Source of the DNA: Haliotis rubra
Taxonomy: Eukaryota
DNA length: 64,000 nucleotides
Direction of reading: 5' to 3'
NCBI RefSeq assembly: GCF_003918875.1
Contig: NW_025767123.1
Coordinates: 620,001 to 684,000 of the forward strand
Of the stretch, positions 38,054 through 52,480 are shown piece after piece. The first letter of the stretch is position 1. Each line of letters starts with the position of its first letter. The position numbers and the translations under genes are program-made. The notes beneath the pieces are model-generated. The model was not told the DNA's origin. It did no database searches and worked only from the letters and a program-made list of their open reading frames with translations.

Positions 38054-41000
38054 TGCAAGTGATTTCACTGCACTCCTTGTGTTCCAGGTATTACACATTG
38101 TCCGAATGAGTTTCATGAACGAGGGGTATCACATGAAGCAAACATGAAGCTTATATGAAGAATGTCAACGTATTCAGAACATTGCAGTATTGTTTAATTA
38201 CAAAAAAACTAAATTAATCGAATCTGTGGTAAGACCAGTTTTTAAAATTTCTTATTCTGATGGCCTTTTCAAAAGTGACATGGAAGGATCCGAGGATCTT
38301 CAAAGAGTGTTTACATCTTTTGTAGGTTGCATATTTGTGGGATATTTTATTCTTGTGTACTACTGATCTCATTCCTCATCCTCTCAGGCTCGATATACGA
38401 AGATATGGAACTGCAAATCTAACACAATGGTATGAAGTGTTTTAAAAGGAATGTGGTGAAAATATGAAATTTGAATTAAAGGATTCTCTTAACGTGCTTG
38501 AAGAAATATACGATGTTGTTCAGGCATCTTACAGATCCCAGAACTACAATTTTATGAAACACCCACATTCCATGCTCATTATATTGTGGCCCCAGTAGCC
38601 TATTCGCATCCACTTTCGTTTATTTTCGATGACGCCAATTATTTAAAACTTTTTATAAATATACACATTCAATGCTAGAGAATAACTTGTCTTATGACAG
38701 ATTCCACGTGAAAAAGTCAAAATAGCGAAATCGTAATAAATAACATGATTTTGAGGACTATGTGTGTCAGGATAGCACAAGCACGACTCTAGATCGTGAA
38801 AAACAATGTATACTTCAACAAGCCAAATTTTAATTCCTAAGAGATGTCGAAATGAATTCATGAATATGTTAATTCAGATCATTATTAAAATTCAAGATGA
38901 TCAGATATTACGTGTACAATATTATATAGAAGTACAATCTGTACGATCTACATATCTTTATGTATTCTAACTTTGTACATATTTATGCAAACGGTGTTGA
39001 TGTGATTTTGTTCCCTGTGTATATATATCCGTACAGTACGGCCATTATTCTCTTGGCATATTTGATCAAGGGGGATAACTTATCTGATTATGATGTTACA
39101 ACACAATCTGTTCATTTCATTGAAACACATATATTATTGGTCACGTGTATGTGATTCTTATTGACTTTATATTCGGGATTTAGCCCTGCTATGTACATAA
39201 GCTACACGTCAATCACTTCTACCGGGTGTTATACACACTCTTTAGATAACATCTCCCTTGAATATGTACATATCTATTACTTATATAATCTTATTGTTCG
39301 CAATGTAGAGTTTATCATTTTGAAGCTTATATAATTTACTGTGTGGGTGGTTTCTTCTTGGTGTAGGAATAGTTAATTTCTCAGTGGACATTTTCAGCCA
39401 TGGCCTCTTTGTAGGAGACTGTGACATCAACAACCAATTAGAAAAACAATTTCTGATACCAGATAGAATGTTGTCACCAGGTTAGTTTCCATGACGACTG
39501 GACCAATGTGTAAACTCAGGACCAATCGAGGTCATTCAACTTAAACCGCTTACAACTTACACGTCACATCGCTGGCGTAGTGATATCACACGTGACAGCT
39601 GACCTGTGAACCGCCAGAATATAGTTCGGACATCATGGCCGCAGTTTTCGAAAACCGTTGACGATTTAGCAAACAGAACTTAGTTATTTTCAGCGAGTGA
39701 AAACAGACCTTGTAATAGTTTTATCACATCAGTACCTCTGCTTCGGAGGCTGTACTGTGTGTTTCGTCACGTGATAATCACATGACTGAAAAAAGTTCCT
39801 ATGAGGAATATGGCCGCTACTGTCGCTTTTTCGGCACCGTCTTCTGCACATAGCCTGAACTTACTGAATACTGAATATCCTTTATCAAATCGACCATCAA
39901 AAATATTAAATTTGTAATTACAACGGATTATGAAAACATACGATATGTGCCGTCGTAGGACGTTTATTGCTAAATTGTATCATGCTATTTTACGATTTAC
40001 CCAAATATAGATTCAAATATTATGATGTCAACAACACATCTCGCGCTACAGTGACCGTTGGTAACATCATAGTAATACGACTGTCTCTCTGTAAATGTTG
40101 CTGTCTAAAACCAGAGAGTTCTGCAAAGCAATGGCGAATACAGCTCGGACCACATATTTTCTGCTCACTTTACTCATGTTCTGTAAATCACGGGGTACAT
40201 TAACCATTTAAAGTTGAAAGAAGGTTGCCAAGTGAAACAATATCGCAATATGTTTGTTGGGATTATTTCATTTTATTTATTTTTGGTTTTGGGGGGTTTG
40301 GCTTTCTTTGTTGTTGTTTTTTTTGGGGTTCTTGTTGGTGTTTTTTTGGGGTGTTTTTTCTTAGGGGGATCGGGGGTTGCGTGGAGAATTTGGAAAAGAA
40401 ATGTGTTCTTGAAAAAGGGGGGCAAAATAATTTCGCTCAGGTTTCCACCTAAATCATGTTTGCCGGGTTTGAAAGTTGTCCAGTAAAACTTTTTTGTAAA
40501 ATAATGAAATTATTCATTTCCTCCCTTAACCACCCTTTAACAGATGTGGTTTTAAAGAATACACTGTAAGCATAACAGATATGTTTACGTACAAGAAGTC
40601 AGAGTTTCTATTACAACGCATCTGATCTAGATACCACTAATCTCTGTATAAAATATTAACAGTACTCCCTATGATGAACTCTAATTAACTGTTTTGGCTA
40701 CTAATGAACGAGGGGAAGTATCTGAGCAAGTATCCCAGTATTAAGGATTATACATCATAAACCTAGTTTGTGGCTGCAAGGGATAATATTAAGTTTTGGC
40801 CCCGCTCTATTTCCCTGCTGGCGTTTGCCACCATGATATCAGGCGTTCTGTTTGGAGAGCTGAACTCGCTCACGATAGGCGTAGTGCAAAGGTAGCCTTG
40901 AGGGACATGACCCACTCCCTCAATGCAATATCTGCTCTGCGACTATTGTCAGTTCGAACAGCAAGTAACATCAATATACAAAGCCAATGCAAGACTAACC

Positions 41001-41169
41001 AGTCTCGATTGTCAAACGAAACGGGTTTCAGTGAGCGTAAAATATAAAATGGCGGTGAAAATTATATGACTGGATCGCATCTCATTACCGACATGGAATA
41101 GTGACGTGATGGTATGTCCGAGATGTGGTAACAGATTAATGGTAACATTGGAAGGAGGGATTCGAGTTG

Positions 41170-41910
41170 CAGAACGATGATATGTGGTCCGTTGATGGTC
41201 ACAGGATGATGATATGTGGTCCGTTGTGGTCACAGGACGATGATATGTGGTCCGGCCGTTGATGGTCACAGGATGATGATATGTGGTCCGTACCGTTGAT
41301 GGTCACAGATTGATGATCTGTGAGTGAGCTATTGGTGGTCACAGAAGGATTATGTGTGACCCATTGTGTTCACAGAATGATGATATATGGTCCGTTGATG
41401 ATCATGGAACGATGATAGGTGATCTATTGGTGGTCACAGAATGATGACATGTGATCACAGAACGATGCTGTGTGATCCATTGGCGGTCACAGAACGATGC
41501 TGTGTGATCCATTGGTGGTCACAGGACGCCGATGCTGTGATTCATTGGTGGTCACAGGACGTCTTTATGTACTCCATCGGTTGTCACAGAACGATGACGT
41601 GTGGTCCGTGGACGGTCACAGGACGATGATATGTGGTCCGTTGATGGTCACAGATTGATGATAAGTGATCTATTGGTGGTCACAGAATTATGATAAGTGA
41701 TCTATTGGTGTCACAGAATGATGACATGTGATCACAGAACGATGCTGTGTGATCCAGTGGTGGTCACAGGACGCCGATGCTGTGATTCATTGGTGGTCAC
41801 AGGACGTCTTTATGTACTCCATCGGTTGTCACAGAACGATGACATGTTGTCCGCGGATGGTCAAAGGACGACCACATGTGATCACTGGTGGTCACAGAAC
41901 GATGATATGT
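41170..41910. repeat. Degenerate minisatellite of about 30 bp with a larger internal duplication
   Basis: Recurrent ggtcacaga(a/g)gatgatatgtggtccgttgat. Confidence 0.85.
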
Positions 41911-42836
41911 AGATTGTTGGTTAGAGAATGGTGGAATGTGGTAGACTGATGGTTTTGAAACTCGCAACATGACTCTGAATATCAATGATTGTTTTCTAGA
42001 ATATGACAAGGTTTCCAGCCCTCGAATATGCTGTCCACATTCACAATCAAAGGATGGCAACGGATGACCGTGTCAATTAACAAATTGACCCCATGGGTAA
42101 TGCTACAGCTTGTGTTTTCATACAAAGGATGCTGAAAATATTAAATATGATATAAAGCCGTAACTTTGATTGTGGTGTGTGTTACCTTTGTTCAGGATTA
42201 CTAATTCAGAAAGTGGGGGATTAATTTCACACAGGACACTTTATACGTTTCGTTGGTGCTAGGAATTATGTGCTATCTTTGTTGTGGATAAAGTAATAAT
42301 TTAGGTGATGGGGGATTAGTGAGGAAAGAGCAGGGGGTAGAAGGAAAATGGATTGAACGTATCTGGGGATGCGAGGAGAGGTTAATATGGTTCGGTTCAG
42401 ATCGATGGTTACTCTGTCTCACAGTCCCTGAACCACATTTTTTTCCCTACTGCCTAGCCCTCTCTGCAATGCTAAAGCCCTAAATAAAACAAACCTAGAA
42501 TCTCTGGCCTCCCTAGGGCTCCTTTTGAATTTAAATGGGCTTGTTTGTTACTATCAAAATTATATATAATCAGAAACTACGCATTAGTCTAATCGATGGT
42601 CTACAGGACTGATTGCTATATATGTGGGCGGGTGTTGTAGGTTGTGTGTGTAATTGTTAATTATTAGGTAAGATTAATAATTAAGGGTATGGACAACTGT
42701 GAACCACTTTCCGGTAGAAACGTTCATTATCTTAACCAACTAATAAAGACAACCTTTGCTTTTCTACTTGAGATTAAATAGTATTACCTACATAAACCGA
42801 TCTTCCAGGTTATTTCTCGGCGAATCAAAATCCAGT

Positions 42837-43131
42837 GAGTGAGTGAGTTAATATTTAACGTCACATCGGCAATATCTCAGCCATATCGTGACGACAACAA
42901 TTTATACAATATAAAGAGAAAACATTTTGAAGATTAAAACCTGTCGACGATGGACAGTAAAAATACTAGAGAATCACAGATATGAATAAAACTAGCGAGC
43001 AAAGCTAAAACATTTCAACTAAAGAGGACAATACAGTATAAAACACGGGCTATAGATCGCCAACAACTGAAGGTAGATCACCATACTAGGAACCATGGGG
43101 ACTTACATTACTTTTGCTACCTGCATGGACC
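42837..43131 (-). mobile_element. Single-copy retroposed element with the SINE-like tail (candidate 3' end of the partner LINE)
   Basis: 16-bp TSD cgaatcaaaatccagt; tail gatatggctgagatattgccgatgtgacgttaaatattaactcactcactc; the body does not match families A-C. Confidence 0.75.
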
Positions 43132-44474
43132 CGAATCAAAATCCAGTTTACAGTGGTCACTGTGGCGCTATGTTGTGTTGTGATTTAAATCTAATGGTCT
43201 AAAGTTGGTTTGTTTGTTTTTCAAAAATGTCTTGGACATAGACGTTCTTATACAGTGGACATGAGTAGCGGCCAGAGTTTTTGGATGTTTGAGGACGCCG
43301 ATGTATTAACCTGCCGGGTAAAAGAAAGTATTCACCGATGTTTGATGTTGGCTAGAACTTAAAACAAACAAGATCTGGTTATTAGACTGTGATGTGTGTG
43401 ATATGGTATGACGGTTGTATTCTGGACCTAAACTTTAACTTTTCAGCCTAACGTTTATCCAATTTTATGTGTATACTTTTTGGAGGTCTGCAGTTTTGTA
43501 TATCACCTTGTTCGCAAGATCCGTTTTTTTTCAATCAATGTTTATTACTAGCCACTTGCAATTCCTGCAATCAATTTTCAACAACTCCCTTGTTGTTAAA
43601 TGTTTGATCAAACCTGTGTTTGAGTTATATTTTTACTTCCAGAACTTAACGCATTGATAATCTGTTCGTCTGAATCAACGCTTGTTATTCTGGTAAACAG
43701 GGACGCAAAGTCTTCTTTCTTACCGATGCCTTCAAAGTTACATACGGTCTGATAGAATGTGTCGAAAATGAATTCGTCACTTCCGGAAAAAAAGGTTGTC
43801 TTGGAAAAATCAACAATCGTTTCACCTTCGAATAGTAGACTCGGACGAACACATCATGTTTTATGGCCTTAATTGTGTATTTTGTTAATTTAGTATGATT
43901 CATCTTGCACTTCTGTTTACGTTTATGATATTCATGTTTCATGAACCATAAAATGTGGTATGTCTTGACAATTTGTCCCTCCACTAACACCAATATTAGA
44001 AAATATTATATGGTATCAATTTCTTTTGAAGAAATTTGTCCAACAGCAAACAATTATGCTATATCGGGTATAAGTTTTCAACGCCATGTTATTACCGACA
44101 TACTTTAGCAGGCGGCGTTAGAGCTCTAAGTATTCCATGTACAGAGTGATTTTCTTTTATGACGTCACAGTGGCTTCATCAGCTGTTACCCGATATTCAT
44201 GCAATACAATGTAGATTTCAATCACGTCTCAATTACGAAATAAAGCATATTGCCATATCAAGCGTTGTACATTTTTTAGTTGTAGATTCAGCCAGTGCTA
44301 TCTAAGCAAGAATTCGCAATTATGGATTAGTTACCTTAACCGTGCAAGAATCCTGTGATTCATCGATCTCTCCATACCTGTGCTCGTGGGTACACCGAAG
44401 TGGGAAATGTCAACAAATAGTTTAAAAAACATTTCCATAATCACAATAAATACCAACATCTGCTTGCAAATTGT

Positions 44475-44700
44475 CTTTTGTTGTTTATCACCGCACTCAG
44501 CAATATTCCAGCTATATGGCGGCGGTCTGTAAATAATCGAGTCTGGACCAGACAATCCAGTGATCAACATCATGAGCATCGATCTACGCAATTGGGATAC
44601 GATGACATGTGTCCACGAAGACAGGCTTGCCCACCACCCGATCCCGTTTGTCGACTCTTACGACAAGCATGGGTTGCTGAAGGTTCATAGTAACCCGAGT
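44475..44700 (-). mobile_element. Short retroposon family B
   Basis: Near full-length match. Confidence 0.85.
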
Positions 44701-44728
44701 TACTGTCTGAATAGGTTACAAAATGGCG

Positions 44729-45083
44729 GACCGCCTCCGTGGTGTAGTGGTTAGAGCGTCCACCCGGAGAGCGGAAGGTCGCGGGTTCAATCCCTGACCG
44801 CGTCATATCAAAAGACGTTAAAATGTGGTACTTGTTGGTCCCTGCCTGGCGCTCGGCATTAATGGGTACAACAAGGACCGGTCGGCTCGGAGTCAGTATA
44901 ATGTGTCTGAGTGGGGTATTCATGCTTCACTGCGGCATGGTATCTCAGTGGGCTAGCACTATAAAACCAGCTTCAGTCTGGGCTAATACAAGCACCGCAC
45001 ATACACATACACACGCATGCACGTCGTCATATGAGCGAAATATTCTCAAGCACGACGTTAAACCCAATTTCACCTCACCTCAC
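44729..45083 (+). mobile_element. SINE family C (tRNA head plus Meta-like central domain, about 355 bp)
   Basis: A/B boxes and the domain gtcatatcaaaagacgttaaaatgtggtacttg...cctgcctggcgctcggcattaa, which resembles the MetaSINE domain as recalled (unverified). (cacct)n tail; TSD aaaatggcg. Confidence 0.88.
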
Positions 45084-45632
45084 AAAATGGCGAATGACCA
45101 ACTCCCTCATGACCTGCTATTTCAATAGTTCGGCATAAACCTTCCGCCATCATGTCCATCGTGATGTAGCGATGCTATTTTTGATTAAACAACATTTGTA
45201 TTCACTGTGCGGTAGTGTTAACCTCCACTCGTCAACTCAGTTCCACCAAATCGATAATTTTTAATTTGATAATGTACATTGTTCATGCAAACACATTTTC
45301 ATTTTAATTCTAGTTTTATACAAACAACAAAGGTGACATTGTGATGAGTTCTAGCTGATCTTCAATATCTTGATTAACCGAAATAACCACCTCCGGGGCA
45401 TAGTAGCTTTGTGGAGCTCACAGCGCTGACGCAATTTCACGGGACGTAGGAATCCCATCATGTTTTTTCTTATGTTGATTATAATAAACTACAACTAACC
45501 GCATTGAAGGCCATAAAGTCATTATGATGTGTAGAAGTAACAAGTGAGCACTGCCAGATGCAATATGAATTAAAAACCTGTAAATATGTCACGTCAGCAC
45601 TTGAGTATAACCTGCCTCGATTATACATGACA

Positions 45633-45798
45633 GTGAGTGAGTGATTTCGGTTTTACGCTGCTTTTAGCAATATTCCAGCAATATCACGGCAGGGGACACC
45701 AGTAATGGGCTTAACACATTGTACCCACGTGGGGAATCGAACCCGGGTCTTCGGCGTGACGAGCGAACGCCTTAACCACTAGGCTACCCCACCGCCCC
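45633..45798 (-). mobile_element. SINE family A
   Basis: TSD ttatacat(g/c)aca. Confidence 0.9.
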
Positions 45799-45929
45799 TT
45801 ATACATCACAGGTTCCACTGGACGTAAAAATCAATATAGCGGTGATAGTTCTTTGTCTGGACAACTAGATACCAGTTCCGAATCCAGGTCATTTACTAAT
45901 TATGTCTATACTGACGGTGAAAAGTATAT

Positions 45930-48900
45930 TGCAAGTATAAATACACATAATGCTTGTCTCGTAAGTGACAGCCGCAAGTATAAATACACGTAATGTTTAT
46001 CTCATGAATAGCAAGTATAAATGCGCATAATGTTTATCTCCTGAATAGCAACCGCAAGTATAAATAAGCATCATGTTAACCTTGTAAATGACCACTGCAA
46101 GCATAAATACACATTATGTTTATCTCCTATATGACAACCGCAAGTATAAATGCACATAATTTTTATCTCCTGAATGACAACTGCAAGTATAAATACGCAT
46201 CATGTTTATCTTGTAAATGACAACTGCAAGTATAAATACGCATAATGTTCATATTCTGATGACAACCGCAAGTACAAATACGCATAATGTATATCTTGTT
46301 AATGATAATCACAAGTAAAAATACACACCATGTTTATCTTGTAAATGACAGCCACAAGAATAAAATACACATAGTTTGTATCTTGTAAATGTCAACTGCA
46401 AGTATAAATACACGTAAAATGTTTATCTCGAAATGACAACCGCAAGTGTAAATGCACATATATTTATCTCATGAATAGCAGCCGCAAGTATAAATAAGCA
46501 TCATGTTTACCTTGTAAATGACAACTGCAAATATACTCATGCCAATAATGGTTGTCAACCCCCCCCCCACCCAGACCCCAAACACACCACACACCCCCAC
46601 CCCACACCCTCTCCAATAAAAAATTGAAGGGGGTGACAACCATTATTGGCATGAGTATATAAATAAACGTAGTGTTTATCTCCTATATGACAACCCCAAG
46701 TATAAATACACATAATGTGTATCTTGTAAATGACAACTGCAACCATAAACACACATAATGTTTATCTCCTATGTGACAACCGCAAGTATAAATACGCATA
46801 ATGTTCATCTTCTGAATGACACCTGCAAGCATAAACACACATAATGTTTATCTCCTATGTGACAACCGCAAGTATAAATACGCATAATGTTTATCTTCTG
46901 AATGACAACTGCAAGCATAAACACATATTATGTTTATCTCCTATGTGACAACCGCAAGTATAAATACGCATAATGTTCATCTTCTGAATGACAACTGCAA
47001 CCATAAACACACATAATGTACATCACCTTAATGACAACCGCAAGTATAAATAAGCATAATGTTCATCTTCTGAATGACAACTGCAAGCATAAACACATAT
47101 AATGTTTATCTCGAAATGACAACCGCAAGTATAAATACGCATAATGTTTATCTTCTGAATGACAACTGCAAGCATAAACACACATAATGTTTATCTCCTG
47201 AATGACAACCGCAAGTATAAATACGCATAATGTTCATCTCCTGAATGACAACCGCAAGTATAAATACGCATAATGTTCATCTCCTGAATGACAACCGCAA
47301 GTATAAATACACATAATGTTTATCTCCTATATGACAATCGCAAGTATAAATACACATAATGTTTATCTCCTATGTGACAACCGCAAGTATAAATACGCAT
47401 AATGTTCATCTTCTGAATGACAACTGCAAGCATAAACACACATAATGTTTATCTCCTATGTGACAACCGCAAGTATAAATACGCATAATGTTCATCTTCT
47501 GAATGACAACTGCAAGCATAAACACACATAATGTTTATCTCCTATGTGACAACCGCAAGCATAAACACACATAATGTTTATCTCCTATGTGACAACCGCA
47601 AGTATAAATACGTATAATGTTCATCTTCTGAATGACAACTGCAAGCATAAACACACATAATGTTTATCTCCTATGTGACAACCGCAAGTATAAATACGCA
47701 TAATGTTCATCTTCTGAATGACAACTGCAAGCATAAACACACATAATGTTTATCTCCTATAAATACGCATAATGTTCATCTCCTGAATGACAACCGCAAG
47801 TATAAATACGCATAATGTTCATCTCCTGAATGACAACCGCAAGTATAAATACGCATAATGTACATCTCCTGAATGACAACCGCAAGTATAAATACGCATT
47901 ATGTTCATCTCCTGAATGACAACCGCAAGTATAAATACGCATAATGTTCATCTTCTGAATGACAACTGCAAGCATAAACACACATAATGTTTATCTCCTA
48001 TGTGACAACCACAAGTATAAATACGCATAATGTTCATCTCCTGAATGACAACCGCAAGTATAAATACGCATAATGTTCATCTCCTGAATGACAACCGCAA
48101 GTATAAATACGCATAATGTTCATCTCCTGAATGACAACTGCAAGTATAAATACGCATAATGTACATCTCCTGAATGACAACCGCAAGTATAAATACGCAT
48201 TATGTTCATCTCCTGAATGACAACCGCAAGTATAAATACGCATAATGTTCATCTCCTGAATGACAACCGCAAGTATAAATACGCATAATGTACATCTCCT
48301 GAATGACAACCGCAAGTATAAATACGCATTATGTTCATCTCCTGAATGACAACCGCAAGTATAAATACGCGATAATGTTCATCTCCTGAATGACAACCCC
48401 AAGTATAAATACGCGATAATGTTCATCTCCTGAATGACAACCGCAAGTATAACACGCATAATGTTCATCTCCTGAATGACAACCGCAAGTATAAATACGC
48501 GATAATGTTCATCTCCTGAATGACAACCGCAAGTATAAATACGCGATAATGTTCATCTCCTGAATGACAACCGCAAGTATAAATACGCGATAATGTACAT
48601 CTCCTGAATGACAACCGCAAGTATAAATACGCATTATGTTCATCTCCTGAATGACAACCGCAAGTATAAATGACAACCGCAAGTATAAATACCCAAAATG
48701 TTCATCTTCTGAATGACAACTGCAAGCATAAACACACATAATGTTCATCTCCTGAATGACAACCGCAAGTATAAATACGCATTATGTTCATCTCCTGAAT
48801 GACAACCGCAAGTATAAACACACATAATGTTCATCTCCTGAATGACAACCGCAAGCATAAACACACATAATGTTTATCTCCTATGTGACAACCGCAAGTA

Positions 48901-49009
48901 TAAATACGCCTAATGTTCATCTCCTGAATGACAACCGCAAGTATAAATACGCATAATGTTCATCTCCTGAATGACAACCGCAAGTATAAATACGCATAAT
49001 GTTTATCTC
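45930..49009. repeat. 43-bp satellite array, about 3 kb
   Basis: Unit gcaagtataaatacgcataatgttcatctcctgaatgacaacc. Confidence 0.97.
46531..46660. mobile_element. 130-bp MITE inserted in the 43-bp satellite
   Basis: Perfect inverted repeat atatactcatgccaataatggttgtca / tgacaaccattattggcatgagtatat around a C-rich spacer, with TA ends. Confidence 0.8.
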
Positions 49010-50886
49010 TATTAGGCTAGACCTTGAATTCGATGCTTGAATTCAACTGACTACTCGAGTAAATATCAAACGTTATTTGTAATTTTCCACTTAAATTTCT
49101 TTCCGCGTGAACTCAGTACATGAAACAAGACTGAAATGCTATGACGTCACGTTTAATGGATAAATTAACCAAACCCAAGCGTTTCTGTCAAATTAAACGC
49201 AATATATGAAGAATACGACATGTAACGGGTTTTTTTCAAATATGGAACACGGTACTAATGAACAAAATTCGTAAGTGCAACATTCACAGTTAATGCTTTC
49301 TCAAATTTTATTGAAGTTTATAAGCGACAAACGTGATGCGTGCTACGTACTTCACTCCACATTTACGAAGCCAATGCTCTGGAAAAGAACAAAGTGTTAC
49401 AGGTTCCGATTGAAGTATAGAAATCTACTTTCAATCATAGCAAACCGACGTGGTTATTTCAACACAATGTGATAGAAATGCTATGATATTGATCGCTGTT
49501 TTCGTAACAGAGTCATTTACAGTTATTACATTGGGACAAAGGCATGATGGCACTCAAGGGATTCTTACATATAAAACACGGAGACTGGTTGGGAGGTTAG
49601 TTACCCTATCGAGGTTGTTGACACCTTATTTGCGAAAACAGGCTAATCATCACAGAAAGCACTTTTAGGGGTTCTTTTTAAAACGAATGCATTAAATTTG
49701 GCTAAGTATAATCTAAGGAGCTATACAGTTTTATGTCTCTGTTACCAAGGTTACAGCTTTAAGGAGTGGGCTATAGGGTATTGCTTTGTGTAATATACTT
49801 CAGTTGCATGAGTGAGTGATTTACGTACTTCAATTATATCACGGCGTTTCAGTTTAATGTGGGAGAATAGACAGAGGTATAAAAAAATTATTGTTGACCT
49901 GGACGTTCACCTCTTAGGTGAAACCTGCAAGCACGCGTATAATGCTGAGAGGTGAAGAAATGTCATCAGTGCTAATCTTGGGTTCAAACCTACTGATCCT
50001 AGTAATGAACGAAACTCTGCAAAGTGAATTGCGGGTTCTGGGCGATTCGATAACCTGTCCCCTACCATTCCCATTGAGCTAATGCTCTGTATCTCGGTTC
50101 CAAATGGATAAATCGCTAGGATTTATCACCAATGCATAGAAATATGCAGCTGGTACTTGGAATTCAGTACTGGTAATTTAGTACTGGTAATTTAGTACAG
50201 GTAATTTAGTACCAGCGATGCAATAATGATAAAAATGGAGGCGTTTTCATTTCAGATATTTGAAAAACCGGTGATAAATTTTACATTTCATTAATATAAA
50301 AATATGATTGATTTGGAAAGTGAACTTGGATTCAAGGTCGCGTTCAAAGTTATTGCACTTATTTAACGACGTACTTTCTTATTTACTACTTTGATATATA
50401 AATATTATTTATTATTTATGTCAACCAAGTAGATCATATGTCTGTGCTTCTCGTCATCACAAATTGTGTTATTGAAATTATTAATGATTATCGACATGAA
50501 AATTGCGTCATCGATAATACGATATATTAACTACTGTGATGAAATATGGTTTCATATACACAGAGGATACACAAAGTTATGCTTTATTTATGGATTGCTT
50601 TTAAATTGTGTTTTGTGCTTCTAACACTTGTTTTTACTAATACAAGCCTTAATATATTACCACTTACCAAGAACTACGTTGGGTTTTTTCAGATTGTTTT
50701 AGCATATCTGTTCAAAGTTACTTCTCCGATACTGATCGATAATCGATATATTCAGTTAACGACTATCGATCTCTATCATCTGTATCGATAGCCATCCCAA
50801 GATTTAGCCATGATTGCAATAATTATATGAAATCTGTTCTTAGCCTAATCTGATGTACGAGTCAACCCATGTCATAATATTGTTTA

Positions 50887-51244
50887 GACCGCCTCCGTGG
50901 TGTAGTGGTTAGAGCGTCCGCCCGGAGAGAGGAAGGTCGCGGGTTCGATCCCCGGCCGCGTCATACCAAAACCCGTTAATATATGGTACTTGTTGGTCCC
51001 TGTCTGGCGCTCGGCATTAATGGGTACAACAAGGACCGGTCGGCTCAGAGTCAGTACAATGTGTCTGAGTGGGGTATTCATGCTTAACTGTAGCATGGTA
51101 TCTCAGTGAGCTAGCACAATAAAACCAGTCTGGGCTAGTACAAGCAGCCACACATACACACGCATGCACATGCATGCACGTCGTCACATAAGCGAAATAT
51201 TTTCAAGTACAACGTTAAACCCCATTTTACCTCACCTCACCTCA
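50887..51244 (+). mobile_element. SINE family C
   Basis: Colinear with 44729-45083; TSD aatattgttt. Confidence 0.88.
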
Positions 51245-51989
51245 AAATATTGTTTCAAATCAAACCAGGAATTCGCAAAAGGGTATCTCAGTTGTTCACC
51301 TGAAAAATACACGGGCACATATGGTTCAGTGGAAATTAGGGGATTGAATGAGACATCATTTTGTGGTTTATGTTTAGAATCTGGAAACGTTCCCCAACTT
51401 GTCTTCAACGGAACTGTTTGAACGTGACGCGTCACACACAATTTATTTCTCTTGCTGCTCACGGCGACGTTGTTACGACTCCCTCTATAGCATCTTAATT
51501 GGACAAGGACTGTACAAGATTTAAAAACGTGATGCTTCAATTAGTAGGATAGTTTGGCAAATACAGCAATTTGTAAGTCACGACCTATATGAACTGCGTT
51601 GATAGGTTGCTAAAGTTTTTTTCAAATTACACCTCCCCACTCCCTCTACATATTTCGTCCAAGGAGTGCCCGGGTCCCCTTGTGTGAAATGCTGTAAGGA
51701 GTGCCTGGACCCCTCTTGTGTGGAATGGTGTGAATGAGTGTAAATAAACAGACATTATCACACCGTTAAGAAATAGCTGCCAAGAACAGTGCACGACTGA
51801 AATAGTGATAATATCATGAGTTCGCGCAAAGGTCAACGTACCATTGTCCAGTGGTGACACGGTCACAAACACACGCAAAGGCGAGTCAATGGCTTATCTG
51901 AATAAACACAAGAAAATATGGTAAAAGTCAAAGTAGAGAATCGCATCGGACATCATAAGTTTCCTCTCAATGCAGAAATAACGTAACAT

Positions 51990-52480
51990 ATCCCTTGCCG
52001 TATGAGGGCGGACATTGTCCTGTTGGAACGTTAACCCAGGGCCATGACGTTGCAGAAAAGGAATTGCCACAGGTCGAAGAATCTGACCCCTGTAGCCCAC
52101 ACCAGTTAAGTTGCCCTGAACAATCACCAAAGGAGTTCTTTGGCGTGCTGTTATTCCACCCCAAATCATCACGGAACCACCACCAAAGCGATTCCTCTCC
52201 AAGACACAGGCCTGTGCATAACGTTCTCCCACGCGTCTATAGGCACGTTGACGTCCATCACTATGGGAAATGTTAAACCTGGACTCATCTGTAAAAAGAT
52301 TTCTCCACCAAAACAAGGGCCTGCGGACATGATTTCGGCACCACATTCGGCGAGCTTGTCGATGACGTTGTGTCAGGATAGGCCGTATGGTAGGACGTCG
52401 TGGTCTGATCCCGTGATGACGTAAACGTTGTCGAACTGTGTTTGGGTGGATACGGCGAAGTCCTGGGACGGTTCGGGCAG
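51990..52480 (-). mobile_element. Tc1/mariner transposase fragment (degenerate)
   Basis: The ORF reads TVRQRLRHHGIRPRRP..RP.LT..HR..R..W (Tc3-type HTH), FTDESRF, GGGSVMIWGGI and FQQDNVRPH. It is truncated before the final catalytic residue, and no TIRs were seen. Confidence 0.92.
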
